63,908 nt of DNA, filler included, from Pelomyxa schiedti (GCA_020536535.1; 10 parts of 10 records of this genome joined end to end with filler, not necessarily neighbours in it); one strand, 5' to 3'. Shown: positions 1 to 12,235, counted from the first letter of the whole stretch. Program-made: numbers and translations. The notes: generated from the letters alone by a model not told the origin.

Positions 1-863
1 CACGCCGACGCCCCCTCCCACGCCCTCCCCCGCGACCACCACGCCCACGCCCGCGGCCACGCCTCCTCCCCCTTCTTCCTCGGGCAGCGCAGAGGTGCCG
101 CCCCCAGCGAGCCCCCTTCGCACCAGTGGGCCCGCCTCGCCCCCGCAGCAGTGGAAGGCTGTCCCGCCGTCTCCCCCGTCCCCTGGCACTGCCAGGCCGC
201 CGCCCCGTGCTGCCCCTGGGGCGGGCCCGCCTCCTCCCGGCGTTCGGTTCCCGCCGCGGCCGGCTTCGGCGTGGGCGGGGGCGTGGGCCGAGGCGGCATC
301 GGTGGCGGAGTGGCCGTGTGCGTGGCGGGCGTGGTGGCGGTGGGAGGGGCGGGGCCAGGGCTTGGCGGGGGTATGTGGCTCTCGTCGGCCGCGGGGGGCG
401 GTGGAGGTGGGATGTAACTGGCGGCGGAGGGAGTGGGCTGCTGTTGCACCGGCGTGGGACGCGGAGGAGGCGGCGGGCCGACGTCCCCCGAGGAAGAGGG
501 CGTGGGCGTGGAGCTCGGCAGGGACCCCGTGGAGGACCGCAGGGGCACGGCGGGCGGGTGCTGCGTCGCGCCCTGTCTCGGCGGTGGCGTGGGCGGCAGC
601 TGGGCGCTTGTCCTCAAGGGCGTTGCCGTGGCGGGGCTCGCCGTCGCCCCCTGGCCCGGCGGCGGCATCCCCGGCGCCACTCGAGGCGGGGGCCTCGCCG
701 CTCCCCCCAGTGGCGACGTCCCCGTCGCTGCAGGAGGCGGCAGAGGCCGCGTGAGGTTCGACAGGGACACCACCTTCCTAGTGAGGCCCAGCGGCTGTGG
801 GTGCTGTGCGGGAGGGCCCACAGGGGGCGGCGTGCTGGAGTGCGGCGGAGGGTTCGTGGTCAT
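1..863 (-). CDS. Proline-rich hypothetical protein, 5' part (runs off window start)
   Basis: ATG at 863-861 after AT-rich leader. Open GC-rich frame MTTNPPPHSSTPPPVGPPAQHPQPLGLTRKVVSLSNL... with poly-Pro tracts. The + strand ORFs here look like antisense shadows. Confidence 0.5.
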   Translation of the reverse strand, partial: MTTNPPPHSSTPPPVGPPAQHPQPLGLTRKVVSLSNLTRPLPPPAATGTSPLGGAARPPPRVAPGMPPPGQGATASPATATPLRTSAQLPPTPPPRQGATQHPPAVPLRSSTGSLPSSTPTPSSSGDVGPPPPPRPTPVQQQPTPSAASYIPPPPPPAADESHIPPPSPGPAPPTATTPATHTATPPPMPPRPTPPPTPKPAAAGTERREEAGPPQGQHGAAAWQCQGTGETAGQPSTAAGARRAHWCEGGSLGAAPLRCPRKKGEEAWPRAWAWWSRGRAWEGASA

Positions 864-1052
864 TTTGTTGTAATTGTTGAAAAAATGTTTCCACTGTTTT
901 CGGCGACGGCCGCACGATCGGGGATCTGGACTTAGCCGAAGCAAGAAACTCCATGTTCACAAAAAGAAAATGACAACAAAACTGTATTTTTCAGTGCTAC
1001 TGCGTGCTCGTGAGGGCAACAAACCAAAATTGTGTGATTTGGCTCTCACAGG

Positions 1053-2211
1053 TTAAATTATACTGAGGAAGTCACAAACAGAACAGCTCATCACCAGCAT
1101 CTCCTGATTGGTCATATTGACAACTGTACAAACACACTCCTTGTCACATGTTTGGCTGCGAAATACATTAATATTCTGCGAAACAAGTAAAGGAAGTGGG
1201 GAGGCTAACCCGTGATCCTCCACGCAAGAGCGCAGTTGCTGCCCCAAGGATGCCAAGGTGAGAGAACCATTCTGTATTTGCGTGAGAACTCAATTTCAGA
1301 AAAAAAAAGGGGTGAAACATGATTGCTGATTTTCATCCCGCATGGGCAGACTATCCAGTTCAGTCTCTGCTCTAACTTCCGCGTTTTACAAAGAGGACCT
1401 ATTGGCAGCACAGGTTTTGTCATGACTTATCTAGATGCTCGGTAGATGCAACACACATGGAACAGCGTCTTCCAAGTGAAGAGATACAGTGCTTTCAAGA
1501 GCGCAATCTTCATAGAGTGCCTCCGCTCTTATTTGTTCTTCTAATATAAATATCACATGCAATTGCCTAAAAGGGAAAGCTGGAAACCTAAATCATCCAA
1601 AAGGAGCCTCTCCACTTCTTCCAGTAACTCATCATACTCAGGACCCCTGCTCCCTGTCACGATAAGGTACTGTATGAGGAAAACAGCACATTTCCCACAA
1701 CCAAGAGGGTCAACAAAGAGAAAAAAAAAAAAAAGAAAAGAGTTGCAGAGTGTGATGACTCCTCACCAATAGGTGTTGACTTCAATTCAGCACACAAAAC
1801 ATCCCTCACTGCCCTCTGCCTATCTGCTTGATTCCACCCACCAACAGCAGCTGCGCCAATCCCACAATCCGCCGCCGTCCCCGTCCCCACCCGCGGCGCT
1901 GCGGCGGCCGGCGCTCCAAACCGTGCCTGGCACATTGCAGCCAACCTGGCGCCCTTGAGCCTCTCCATGCAGTTTTTCCTCAGGGCCTGGCACAATACCT
2001 GCTTGTCATTGGACCACTGGTGCAGCTTGGTGTACGACTGCCTCAGCCCCGTCACGTTTCCCCCAACACTGGGACGCGCAGCCGGAGAGTGGACGATCCC
2101 TGTCCCACCGGTGTCCATGATCTCAATCTGCTGCGGTTGTGCCAGGGGCGCGGTGCCTTGGGGTGTCTGTGCCACAGGGAACATTGGCGTCCAACCCGGT
2201 GGTGGCATCAT
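1053..2211 (-). CDS. RPAIN: RPA-interacting protein (RIP/RPAIN-like), multi-exon
   Basis: Spliced peptide: LRKNCMERLKGAR (cf. FRQRCLERMRNSR), acidic middle YDELLEEVERLLLDDL/EEQIRAEALYE, and C-terminal Zn finger VPC|PLCK...IVCPCG...LRSCVEDHG|QTCDKEC...LVMSCSVCDFLSII*. Short GT-AG introns join the pieces. Confidence 0.8.
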
Positions 2212-2384
2212 TTTTATATTTCGGATCTGGTATGTTGTGGAGAAGTGATGGTTTTTTATCATCATGGCGCTTTGTTTAGGGAACGTCATCCCATTATGAG
2301 CGAAGTGTTGCGCTTAATGACAAACCAAACAGACCAAAAAAAATGCAGGGGACGAGAGAGGGAGCGGGCAACGGCGAGAGTTCG

Positions 2385-3131
2385 ATGTGGGTACTCGTCA
2401 TGATTTTGGCGATCTCGTTGTTAGGCGGCTTGGTCATAGGCCTGAACTCCTGGTACACAAGACCAGAGTGGAGCGTGGTGTCCGTGTGGGATCTGGACAC
2501 AGGCACGCACACACGGACCGCGCAGCACCGCAGCGGGGGCGCCGGCGACCTAGAAGTGGAGAGATACGACTGCGGCGGGCGGGGCGTCGGCGAGTCGCGG
2601 GAGCAGCAGGAGCACACCAGGGGCGCCGGGGACGGCGACGGGGGCGGGGAGCGCGGGGCCGAGGACGTGGCCGAGCAGGAGCTGCGGCGCGAGGGCGTGG
2701 ACTGGGTGGCGGACAGGTTCCTGGCGCTGAGGGGTTCGGACCCAAGGATGGCGAGGGACAGGCAGAGGCTGGAGGCGCCGTGCGTCGTGGAGATGGGCGG
2801 CAGGGAGTACGTGGCGGTGCTGAGGGCCAGGGGCAAGGACAGGACCACGACGGCGTCAACGTCCACGGAGGAAGGGGAGGGGGCGCCGGGGCGCGGCAGC
2901 GGCGAGGGCGGGGTTGCCACGACGGAGACTACGGCCACAACGACGTGGGAGCGTTGGGCCCTGATCGACTCGGCACCAGTACCAGAAGGAGCTGGCGGGC
3001 CCAGGGGGGACAACTACGCCGCCAGCGGCAGGGCCCTCCTCGACCCTACTCGCGGCAGCATTGAGGAGGCGCCCAAGAAAGGAGGCTGCGACGCCATCTA
3101 CGCGCACCACTACTGGCAGACACCCTCGTGA
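2385..3131 (+). CDS. Hypothetical secreted/membrane-anchored protein, single exon
   Basis: MWVLVMILAISLLGGLVIGLNS hydrophobic N-terminus, GC3-rich open frame, AATAAA just after the stop; divergent from RPAIN. Confidence 0.55.
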   Translation: MWVLVMILAISLLGGLVIGLNSWYTRPEWSVVSVWDLDTGTHTRTAQHRSGGAGDLEVERYDCGGRGVGESREQQEHTRGAGDGDGGGERGAEDVAEQELRREGVDWVADRFLALRGSDPRMARDRQRLEAPCVVEMGGREYVAVLRARGKDRTTTASTSTEEGEGAPGRGSGEGGVATTETTATTTWERWALIDSAPVPEGAGGPRGDNYAASGRALLDPTRGSIEEAPKKGGCDAIYAHHYWQTPS

Positions 3132-3328
3132 TCCACCGCAATAAAACAGGCGAAAATCGTACACCGGAATGCGATTGAACGTAGAAAAATTTGAACGCGA
3201 ATGGTGTTTTTTTTTTTAAACACAAATCGGAACCGCGTCGTGTTTTTGAATGGGGCTCCTTTTAAGCGTTGGTTTTTTTTGAAAAAAAATATGACAAAGC
3301 AAGGGGTACCATGAGCGAAGTGGGCTGT

Positions 3329-3428
3329 NNNNNNNNNNNNNNNNNNNNNNNNNNNNNNNNNNNNNNNNNNNNTTAATTAATTAANNNNNNNNNNNNNNNN
3401 NNNNNNNNNNNNNNNNNNNNNNNNNNNN
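3329..3428. other. Artificial contig linker (N-run, TTAATTAATTAA, N-run)
   Basis: Same spacer recurs near 13556, 18070, 30218, 35322, 39040, 51200, 52637 and 62707. Plain 100-N gaps at 34444, 40026 and 50330. Confidence 0.97.
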
Positions 3429-4430
3429 AATCATAGGTGGGAATAGTGACATTGTGTGGTGTATTTTTGTTCGCGTTTAAGAGGATGGGAGTGAATCACC
3501 ACGGCACTTGTCAGACCACAAAACCATTTTGGGCTTGAAAGCGCACTGAGAACAGCCCGTCTTCATTGATACCATTAGAGCACAAGGCGGCGAAGCTTCT
3601 TGGTATCGCCGTTCAACCCCCAAACAACATCCCACTGCCCCACAATCCCACATTTTTCGTTCGTCTGGGCATCGCTGCTTGCAACTTCAACGGCAGCGTC
3701 TCAACTTTCTACTAAAAAGATTTTTTCATCACTCCGCCCCGTCGAATTGCTTTTCAGCTCGTTTTTCAGCTTGTCGGTGCGTTGTGCGTCGGCACATCAG
3801 TGCATCAGTGTCTTCACACATCTGCACATCAGCACGTCGGCGCCGGCCCTCAAAAAACAAATTTCTTTTTTTTTGTTTTGTTGTTTGTTTTGTCAGGGGT
3901 GTAGCTGCATGTACTCATCAACGAGACTTGCCGATAAATGAGGAGAGGTTGTCAGCCATCATAAGTCATCAGCTCAGTAGCTACTCCAAGTCAGGAAGCC
4001 AGTTGTGCAAGCACGGTGTGACAACAACACAACTGTGTTGTTGTGGTCATCAGTCAAATTGAGCATATTTGCCACAAAAATAATTGCCACAACACCTGTG
4101 CGTGCTGAGAGAGTTAGATTTGTTGTTTTAAAAAATGCTGTTAGGTTCGCCTTTAAAAGCACAGAGGTGCCTTTTTTTTCCTTTTCGAAAAAGAAATTAA
4201 TTAATTTTTTATTTAATTAATTTCCACCATTCCCGCCGGGTGTAGTTTAGTCCCTTCTACTGAAAATTGAATCGGTGAAAGAACGCCGTTGCGCTGACTG
4301 TCATTAGTTCCATTACATCATGTGCTTTTTCCTCTATGTAAAATAACTGCCCCTCCAGATAAATAAAGTAATGTTTTTTTTTCAGACCAAAGTCCCAAAG
4401 GTGAATAAATAAGATAAGAACTTTGTGGTG

Positions 4431-7400
4431 TTAAAGCCAATGCACACAGCGAGCAACCTCAATGGGGACAGCCATCTTGCGCACGCAGTCATCACAGCGG
4501 AAATAAGGGCACTCAGGCACAGTGCAACCCCAGAAGGAGTTCATGTTTCCACAAGAGCACCCAGGTGTGCGTTCTCTTCTGTTGTTTAGATTAGAACAAA
4601 ATCAAGTGGGCCACAAATTTCGTGTGTGTGAGTGAGAGAACACACACCTCCTCACAACAGGGTGATCGTGATCTGGAAAGGCAACCTCCGTGCATGTCAC
4701 AGGATCGCGATCGAACAGTGAAACGTACATCGTTGGTCCAGAGCCCGACACGGCGAGGGTCCACCGTGCCTGAGTCCGGTCGCCCCATGTTGCGTGCCGC
4801 ATCCTGCTGGGTGAGAACGTTGTCTTCCTGAACATGTCGCTGGCACCCGACGGAGCACGGCCTGTCTCGAGATCGTCTCTGTTGTCTGCTTGGATCAGCC
4901 TGCAACCCCAGGCTTTGGGATCTCCATCTTGGTTGTCGATGCCTCTCTTGATGAGCCACACGAGCAGTCCACTCCCTGGCAGGTCTCTGTCTGGGCCCAC
5001 TCTCTGCCGGTTTTCCAAGATGAAATACTCACCCTCTGGGAAGTTGGGATTCTCGATGCACGCAAACTGTCTCTCAGAGAGGCTGTACTCCATCTCGTAG
5101 TTCGACATGATGTCGAGTGACTCTTCCCAGCCAACCAAGAGCTTCAGGTGGGTGCAAACCTGTGAAAGGTTTATCAGCCAAATCGTTGATATCAACCAGC
5201 CAAACCTGTGCAGGACATGTGTCTGAGAAGCTGCTCATGAGACAAAACTTCCCAACACCCTTGGATGGGCTCTGGAGAAAGTAGAGATCAGGAAAATCAC
5301 ACAACATATGTCCATTCTCGTGACAAAAGCACCCCAGAGAGAGTGCATATCCCATGTTGCAAACATTGTAATCCTTGGCGGACCCATAGTTTAAGGGGAC
5401 AGGCGGATCCAGGGAAATCGCACATGGCCAGAGGCCCTGAGGAAAGACATGTTATTGACAAACTTCAGGTTGCATTCCGAACCTGGCGATATCGCCCTTT
5501 GTCACCCGTGTAAAGTATGTTAATGGCTCGAACGTATTGCCTCGAATCTCTTGCCAGACCATCGAACACCCTTGGGTCATGTGCTTGGAAGTGCTCGATG
5601 ACCTCTCTGGCCAACTCGCGAATCCCGGCAGGCCACCTCAGGGTTGTATAGTGATCCCGCACGTGTCTCGTTGTATAGTACGGCGTCACTCTGCATGTGT
5701 AGTTGAGCCTCTTCCCTGAGTTGTAGTAAAAGTATTCAAAGACACTCCCATTGTTCCCAAAGCCTGTGTAATTTCGGTCATTGAAGAAAGCCTCAATGTC
5801 TCCTGTTGTAAACGGCCCGTGACCTTCACCAAGAAACTTCACGGGAATGGACAGTCCCTTCAGGTCACCGGTTATGAGGGGTCGGTTCACAAGGTCTGGC
5901 GCAGGCGCCGCACCAGTCTCCTCAAAAACTTCAGATTTGGGAGTGCCTTTTTGTCTGAATGTACCCAGATGCTGAAAGAGGAGGTCTATTCCCTCCTCAT
6001 ATCTCTCCTGCCAGCGTGGCTTCGGGAGCTCGCAGTCAAGCACAGGCATGTCTGGCCTGAGGTGTGCGGCAACGCCAGGAGCCACGTCTGCACCAGTGAG
6101 AGAAACACGAACGGGCGACGGTGCCAACTCCCCTGTGTCAGTGAGGCGAGCAATGCACCAATATCCACCAGAATCCAACACCTGTGTCAATGTCGGTCAA
6201 TAAAGAAAAACCGGTTGTTGTTTGGGCTCTACTCACAATCGTGTGCCCAGAGAAGTCTTCGTAAAATGTTTGGCCGTTCTCAGTGCACTCTGCGGCGTAC
6301 ACCATGGTTTCGTCACGGTTCCTCAGAACGGGTAGCACCTTCGGTGGAGAAAGCCAATGCACACAGCGAGCAACCTCAATGGGGACAGCCATCTTGCGCA
6401 CGCAGTCATCACAGCGGAAATAAGGGCAATCAGGCACAGTGCAACCCCAGAAGGAGTTCATGTTTCCACAAGAGCACCCTGAACTTGTGCGTTCATTTCT
6501 GTTGTTTTTGTTGTGATTAGAACAAAATCAAGTGGGCCACAAATTTCGTGTGTGTGAGTGAGAGAACACACACCTCCTCACAACAAGGTGATCGTGATCT
6601 GGAAAGGCAACCCCCGTGCATGTCACAGGATCGCGATCGAACAGTGAAACGTACATCGTTGGTCCAGAGTCCGACACGGCGAGGGTCCACCGTGCCTGAG
6701 TCCGGTCGCTCCATGTTGCGTGCCGCATCCTGCTGGGTGAGAACGTTGTCTTCCTGAACATGTCGCTGGCACCCGACGGAGCACGGCCTGTCTCGAGATC
6801 GTCTCTGTTGTCTGCTTGGATCAGCCTGCAACCCCAGGCTTTGGGATCACTATCTTGGTTGTCGATGCCTCTCTTGATGAGCCACACGAGCAGTCCACTC
6901 CCTGGCAGGTCTCTGTCTGGGCCCACTCTCTGCCGGTTTTCCAAGATGAAATACTCACCTTCTGGGCAGTTGGGATTCTCGATGCATGCAAACTGTCTCT
7001 CAGAGAGGCTGTACTCCATCTCGTAGTTCGACATGATGTCGAATGACTCTTCCCAGCCAACCAAGAGCTTCAGGTAGGCGCAAACCTGTGAAAGGTTTAT
7101 CAGCCAAATCGTTGATATCAACCAGACAAGCCTGTGCAGGACATGTGTCTGAGAAGCTGCTCATGAGACAAAACTTCCCAACACCCTTGGATGGGCTCTG
7201 GAGAAAGTAGAGATCAGGAAAACCACACAACATATGTCCATTTGTCTGGCAGAGAAGCCCCAGAGAGAGTGCATATCCCATGTTGCAAACATTGTAATCC
7301 TTGGCGGACCCATAGTTTAAGGGGACAGGCGGATCCAGGGAACTCTCACATGGCCAGAGGCCCTGAGGAAAGACATGTTATTGGCAAACTTCAGATTGCA

Positions 7401-8120
7401 TTCCGAACCTGGCGATATCGCCCTTTGTCACCCGTGTAAAGTATGTTAATGGCTCGAACGTATTCGCTCGAATCTCTTGCCAGACCATCGAACACCCTTG
7501 GGTCATGTGCTTGGAAGTGCTCGATGACCTCTCTGGCCAACTCGCGAATCCCGGCAGGCCACCTCAGGGTTGTATAGTGATCCCGCACGTGTCTCGTTGT
7601 ATAGTACGGCGTCACTCTGCATGTGTAGTTGAGCCTCTTCCCTGAGTTGTAGTAAAAGTATTCAAAGACACTCCCATTGTTCCCAAAGCCTGTGTAATTT
7701 CGATCATTGAAGAAAGCCTCAATGTCTTCTGTTGTAAACGGCCCGTGTTCTTCACCAAGAAACTTCACAGGGAGGCACAGCCCTTTCAGCTCTCCCGACA
7801 CGATGCGTCGGTTCGCCATGTTCAGCCCAATGCTTAGTAAAGAGTACGGCCTGAGGTGTGTGGCAACGCCAGGAGCCACGTCTGCACCAGTGAGAGAAAC
7901 ACGAACGGGCGACGGTGCCAACTCCCCCGTGTGAGTGAGGCGAGCAATGCACCAATATCCATCAGAATTCAACACCTGTGTCAATGTCGGTCAATAAAGA
8001 AAAACCGGTTGTTGTTTGGGCTCTACTCACAATCGTGTGCCCAGAGAAGTCTTCGTAAAATGTTTGGCCGTTCTCAGTGCACACGATGCTGTGGATCACG
8101 GTGTCGTCACGGTTCCTCAG
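4431..8120. repeat. Direct tandem duplication, ~1.9 kb offset
   Basis: 4434-5860 closely matches 6351-7790 (offset 1926 over the C-terminal part), introns included. Confidence 0.95.
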
Positions 8121-8147
8121 ATCGCGTCGCGCGTTTTGTGTAGCCAT
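4431..8147 (-). CDS. M6-family (immune inhibitor A-like) metalloprotease with two tandem [prodomain-M6-Cys/His finger] units in one spliced ORF
   Basis: Motifs GNNGSVFEYFYYNS, GLWP, CHENGHMLCDFPDLY (5308-5322), GVGKFCLMS, EYFILENRQ...LPGSGLLVW. Introns at the same sites in both units. Unit 1 reads through TCT (6348-6350) where unit 2 has TAA (4431-4433). Confidence 0.85.
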
Positions 8148-9430
8148 GTTTGGTTTGTTTGTTATTTCTGATAAAGTTTCTTACTCCAACAATATTTGCG
8201 CTTTCGAAGAAGAAATTGTGCAAGTACGTAAGACACAGTTGCACCAAACCTTTTTTATCTCTTAATTATTTTCTTCCTTCACCACCCCGCCCAGAACGTG
8301 GCTGTTGGTGGCCTCAATCCTTGCGTAGCTACTGGTACTCATGGAACTTTAACAAAAAATTTTTGCCTGGCCCAAAATGGAGAGCACGGCGATGGAGATG
8401 TGAGAGGGGTGCAAGGGCATGAGGGTGGTGGGTGTGGAGGTGAGGTGGATGTCAGCCCTTTTGGCATCTGTGGAATTGAGTGTGGCTCTCAGCTACAAAA
8501 GCCGGCAAGGCACCATCTATAATAATAGAGGTGAGACTGAAAAAGAAAAAAGGAGACACATACCAGTGTCACTGGTGCCGAAAAGGCTCGCACTGCGCAA
8601 TGCTGGGAGGGCTGTTCAAGGTTGAATGGTGGGGGAAAAAAAACCTGGTATTGGAGGTGAGGCAAGATTGAGGGTGTAAATGAACGTGAAAGCGGAGCAA
8701 ACCCGCACACATTCTCCTGGACCTGCCTGTCGGTCTGTGTTACCTATTATGTTTCGGAAATACTACTGGACCAATGCCACTTGGCAGGGTTCATGCCTCT
8801 GTAAATAGTTAGAAGCAAGTGAGAACTCGAGGGAAAACCTACCTTTCGAGTATGAGAAATCGGGAGTGTAACACTGACAAGCATGGCTCCAACACGTAGC
8901 AGGCCAAAGAAAAACGTACCCGCCGAAGAAAAATAGGTTCACAAAGAGCGGAAAGAACACCTCAAAGAGCAAGGGTTTCCAGATCAGAACTAGGTCACGA
9001 TTTGTATTTCGGTGTAAATTCAGAACAGGTTGCACGCCATGCCACTACCTAACGCACCAGAGCCGACAAACGACAGCCCACATCGAAGCGTACAAGTAAC
9101 AAAACGGTACAGCCATATTTTGTGGTGAATCTGGGCACGAAGCTGTCAGACACTTTTTTTCGGCCCCCTCACTATTTGGCTGAATAAAAAAAACACCAGA
9201 CCGCCGATCCTGAGCGACGATAACTGACAGCGTTCCGGTCTGTTGATTATTTTATTCAGCCATTTTTTCTTTATCCCACGAAGCTTCCACCTTTTTTCGA
9301 CAGCATACAGGGGAGAGTACCAGCGAGGTTGCACTTGATGGTTACCAGAACGAAAGACCCTAGTCTTTCTTTATTTTATTTATATATGTTCAAGGCATGT
9401 GCATAGGTGTGGACCCAGAAAGGCGGTGGT

Positions 9431-9877
9431 TTAAGAGCAGGGATGATAAAGCTGCCGAGGTGGAGGAACCACGGGGGTAGACACAGCTTCCAGGTGCCTC
9501 TGGTACCAAGCGCATTCGTGCTGCAACTCGGCCCACCCGGGCCCGTCATCTCCCAGAAGTCGTTCATGCAATCGCTTGGGAATGTGGTCGACAGTTGCTG
9601 GATCAAAGTTCGTTGTTGCGCCAGATCTTATGGGTGCACGTATGGAAGTCGCAACGAGTTCGTTCGTCGGAGCCAGCAGATTGGCGAAGCACCAGTAGCC
9701 CGCACCGTCAAGGACCTGTAAGTTTGTTAGCGCAGTGTGATTGTGATGGCCCGAAGAAGGAACCATTGTGTGGCCATCTAAGTATTCGAAAAACGTGTTG
9801 CCGTCGGGGTAGTTGACCTCGTATGCGTCCACCTCCGTGTCATCTGCGTTCCTAACGTCGCATGGTGTGCGTTCCAT
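9431..9877 (-). CDS. Stand-alone homolog of the M6 protease N-terminal prodomain
   Basis: VRNADDTEVDAYEVNYPDGNTFFEYLDGHTM|VLDGAGYWCFANL aligns with LRNRDDTVIHSIVCTENGQTFYEDFSGHTI|VLNSDGYWCIARL, with the same intron position. Stops before any catalytic domain. Confidence 0.65.
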   Translation of the reverse strand: MERTPCDVRNADDTEVDAYEVNYPDGNTFFEYLDGHTMVPSSGHHNHTALTNLQVLDGAGYWCFANLLAPTNELVATSIRAPIRSGATTNFDPATVDHIPKRLHERLLGDDGPGWAELQHECAWYQRHLEAVSTPVVPPPRQLYHPCS

Positions 9878-10304
9878 GTACGGCTTTGTCCCTTTGTGTC
9901 GTGTTTGTTTGGGCTCGTCGTGTGGCGTTTTTCTTGTTGTTATCTTTTTCAAAACATGTCCTGTCGTTTTCTTGCCTCGTTCTTGCTGTCTTCGCTGCTC
10001 AACAAAATGGCTTCTATTGGCTTACTTACTATTCCATACTTTTTCACGTTTTTTTTCGCGAAAGTTTAATCGATTTTTTTCTAAAACGCGACGATTCGCG
10101 AATTAGAAATAGAAATAGAGAAATCAACTGGGAATCTGTTTTTTGAACCCAATAGACCAATCTGTGTTGCGGATCGTACTTCGAATAAATTTAATTTAGT
10201 ACTATTCGTCGAATGTCGAATGCCTGTTACTATTTGGTATTCGGTTCTTTTGTTGTTGTACGTCGGAAAGTGTCTGCCCACACTATTGGTGGGGGTAGAT
10301 ACAA

Positions 10305-12230
10305 TTAATAGTTGCCTACATAAAGTGTTTGTACCTTGCGTGCCCCGTTAACGTAAGATGTACGTGTCCCTTTTTGCCGGATTTGCGACAGTCTAAGAGG
10401 CCACAAAAAAAAACCCTTCGCATAACAATCAATAATGAGGACCGGTGGTGTCCAAAGGGGTACAAATTGGTGGGGTTCACAGTGGCCCCGGTTTGGGTTC
10501 TTCCAATCTGTGCTAGCTTTTTTTATTTCTTGGGCATGGGTGTAAGGTGTAGTGGGGTGCTGGGGCAGCATGCGTAGCCAGAGCCAGGGGTCCTGGGAGC
10601 ACATGGAAGGATGCAGGAGCAAGGAGCCGGGGCTGGTTGCAGTATACCTTGCCGTTGTCATCCACATGTTTCACCTGAACAATTTTGTTAGCAGTTGGAA
10701 AGTAGAAGAACAATCATACCCAACTCGAAGTAGCGCTGGTTGTCATGGCTGGACTCCATCATTCCGGGTATCTGCCGGCATGTTAGCAGGCTCAGGGAAG
10801 GCTAGAGTGGGGCACAAACCGAATTTGGAGTCGGTCTGGAACAATTTCCAAAGTGTCGGCTTAAGTCTGGGGAAAAAGTGAGAGGAAGAAAGAGGAAAAA
10901 CAAGGAGACCTCAGCCCTGAAGTCCAAATTGGCCAGAACCACTTCCAAAAGTGATTCCCCTATCTCCTGTCCATCTGCGAGATGCCGATCGCTTCCTTAC
11001 AATACACTTGTCACAAACCTACTTTCCCAGCACATTTTCCTTGGAATGCTATTTGATAGGGATGCCATGTCTAAGATTTTGATGGGTTCTGCACTGCCAC
11101 GGAGGAATCCAAGCTTGTAGGATGCCCCTTTGGTTGAGTGTTAGCATTATTCATGTATTCAATTGGAAAGGTACCATCTTCTGCGAGGCAATACTGGTAA
11201 ATTTCTAACCTAGTGCCCACTTGATCTGCAATTATATTGTGCAACTTGAAAGGAAGATCATTCAAGGGGCACCAGTCCCCCCCCAGGTATCAAATGGCAT
11301 TCCAAGGAAAATGTGCTGGGAAAGTAGGTTTGTGACAAGTGGAGGAACATTAGGTTGAGTGTAGATTCGAGTTCTAATACACAATTTCCGAGATGCAAGG
11401 GGTGAAATAGGCTGGTGTTTGCACAGATTTCTTCATCCCGGATATATGACCCTTAAGAGCCTGATCACTGTGAAAATTCTCGTTCCTAACGAAGGTTGCC
11501 AGATCCAAGTTGAATTGCTGTCTGATGGTGCTGCCTGTAGGCCTGCACTCGTAGTCTTATACGTGCCATCCCCGGCAAGAGCTCTCCAGAGGGGAAGTTG
11601 CCCTGGTTCCAGTGCCAGCAGTTCTTGACAGACTTCTGACCTTTCCACTTGTGAGATATTCAAGTATAAGTAGAAGAACGGCAAACTGCGTTAAAGACTC
11701 AAACGAGAGTGTATCTCCTTCCTTTCTAAGTGTGGCCATAATCGATCCACCTTTCAACACCTGGTGAAAACAGCGGTACACAGCTATAAGACATCACTGC
11801 ATATAGATTCTCTTCTTTGCAGAGCCCTGCAGCTTCTGCAGATGGAAGTCGTGAGGAAAAACCACCTGGTTTGTGAATGGTCAGTGGATACTAACAAAGA
11901 GAGAGAGAGCTACTTTGACATGAGCCTCTTCTAGAGCTTCGTAGAGGACTTGCCAAGCATATGGTTGCCCAACCCAGAGATCGGGGGGGATATGTGACTG
12001 AAAAATAGCCGAAGCACACGCACACTCTGCACACATTGCTGAGCCTGTAGTGGCACTTGTGGATGCTGTGGAGGCACTTGTGGATGCTTTAGAGGCACTT
12101 GTGGATGCTGTAGAGCTGGGGTTTGATAAAGATTCCGTAGCACTTATGTTTCTCAGGCTGGCTGGCCGAGGCATATTAAGAGGCTCCTTTAGAGGCAGGT
12201 GTATGAATCTCCTTCGAGATGAGTGGTGGA
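10305..12230 (-). pseudogene. Degenerate multi-exon hypothetical gene(s)
   Basis: Exon-like pieces with GT-AG boundaries (e.g. LSFESLTQFAVLLLILEYLTSGK|ELLALEPGQLPLW), in-frame stops, and a 21-bp STSASTA coding repeat at ~12050-12110. No recognisable family. Confidence 0.25.
11005..11341. repeat. ~54-bp inverted repeat pair, ~230-bp spacer
   Basis: 11005-11058 is the reverse complement of 11288-11341 (45 bp perfect, then one mismatch). Confidence 0.9.
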
Positions 12231-12235
12231 GATTC

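Noticed and set aside
95-935. Several long + strand Arg/Gly/Ala-rich ORFs
   Set aside because: Antisense shadows of a GC-rich minus-strand Pro-rich gene. The same applies to overlapping ORFs at 2294-3164, 54490-55062 and 57849-58445.
3373-3384. Recurrent TTAATTAATTAA as a biological motif or piggyBac target
   Set aside because: Always centred in N-runs; an artificial all-frame-stop linker. Adjacency across linkers is meaningless.
8200-9400. Short ORFs between the protease genes
   Set aside because: No motifs, codon bias or convincing splice structure.
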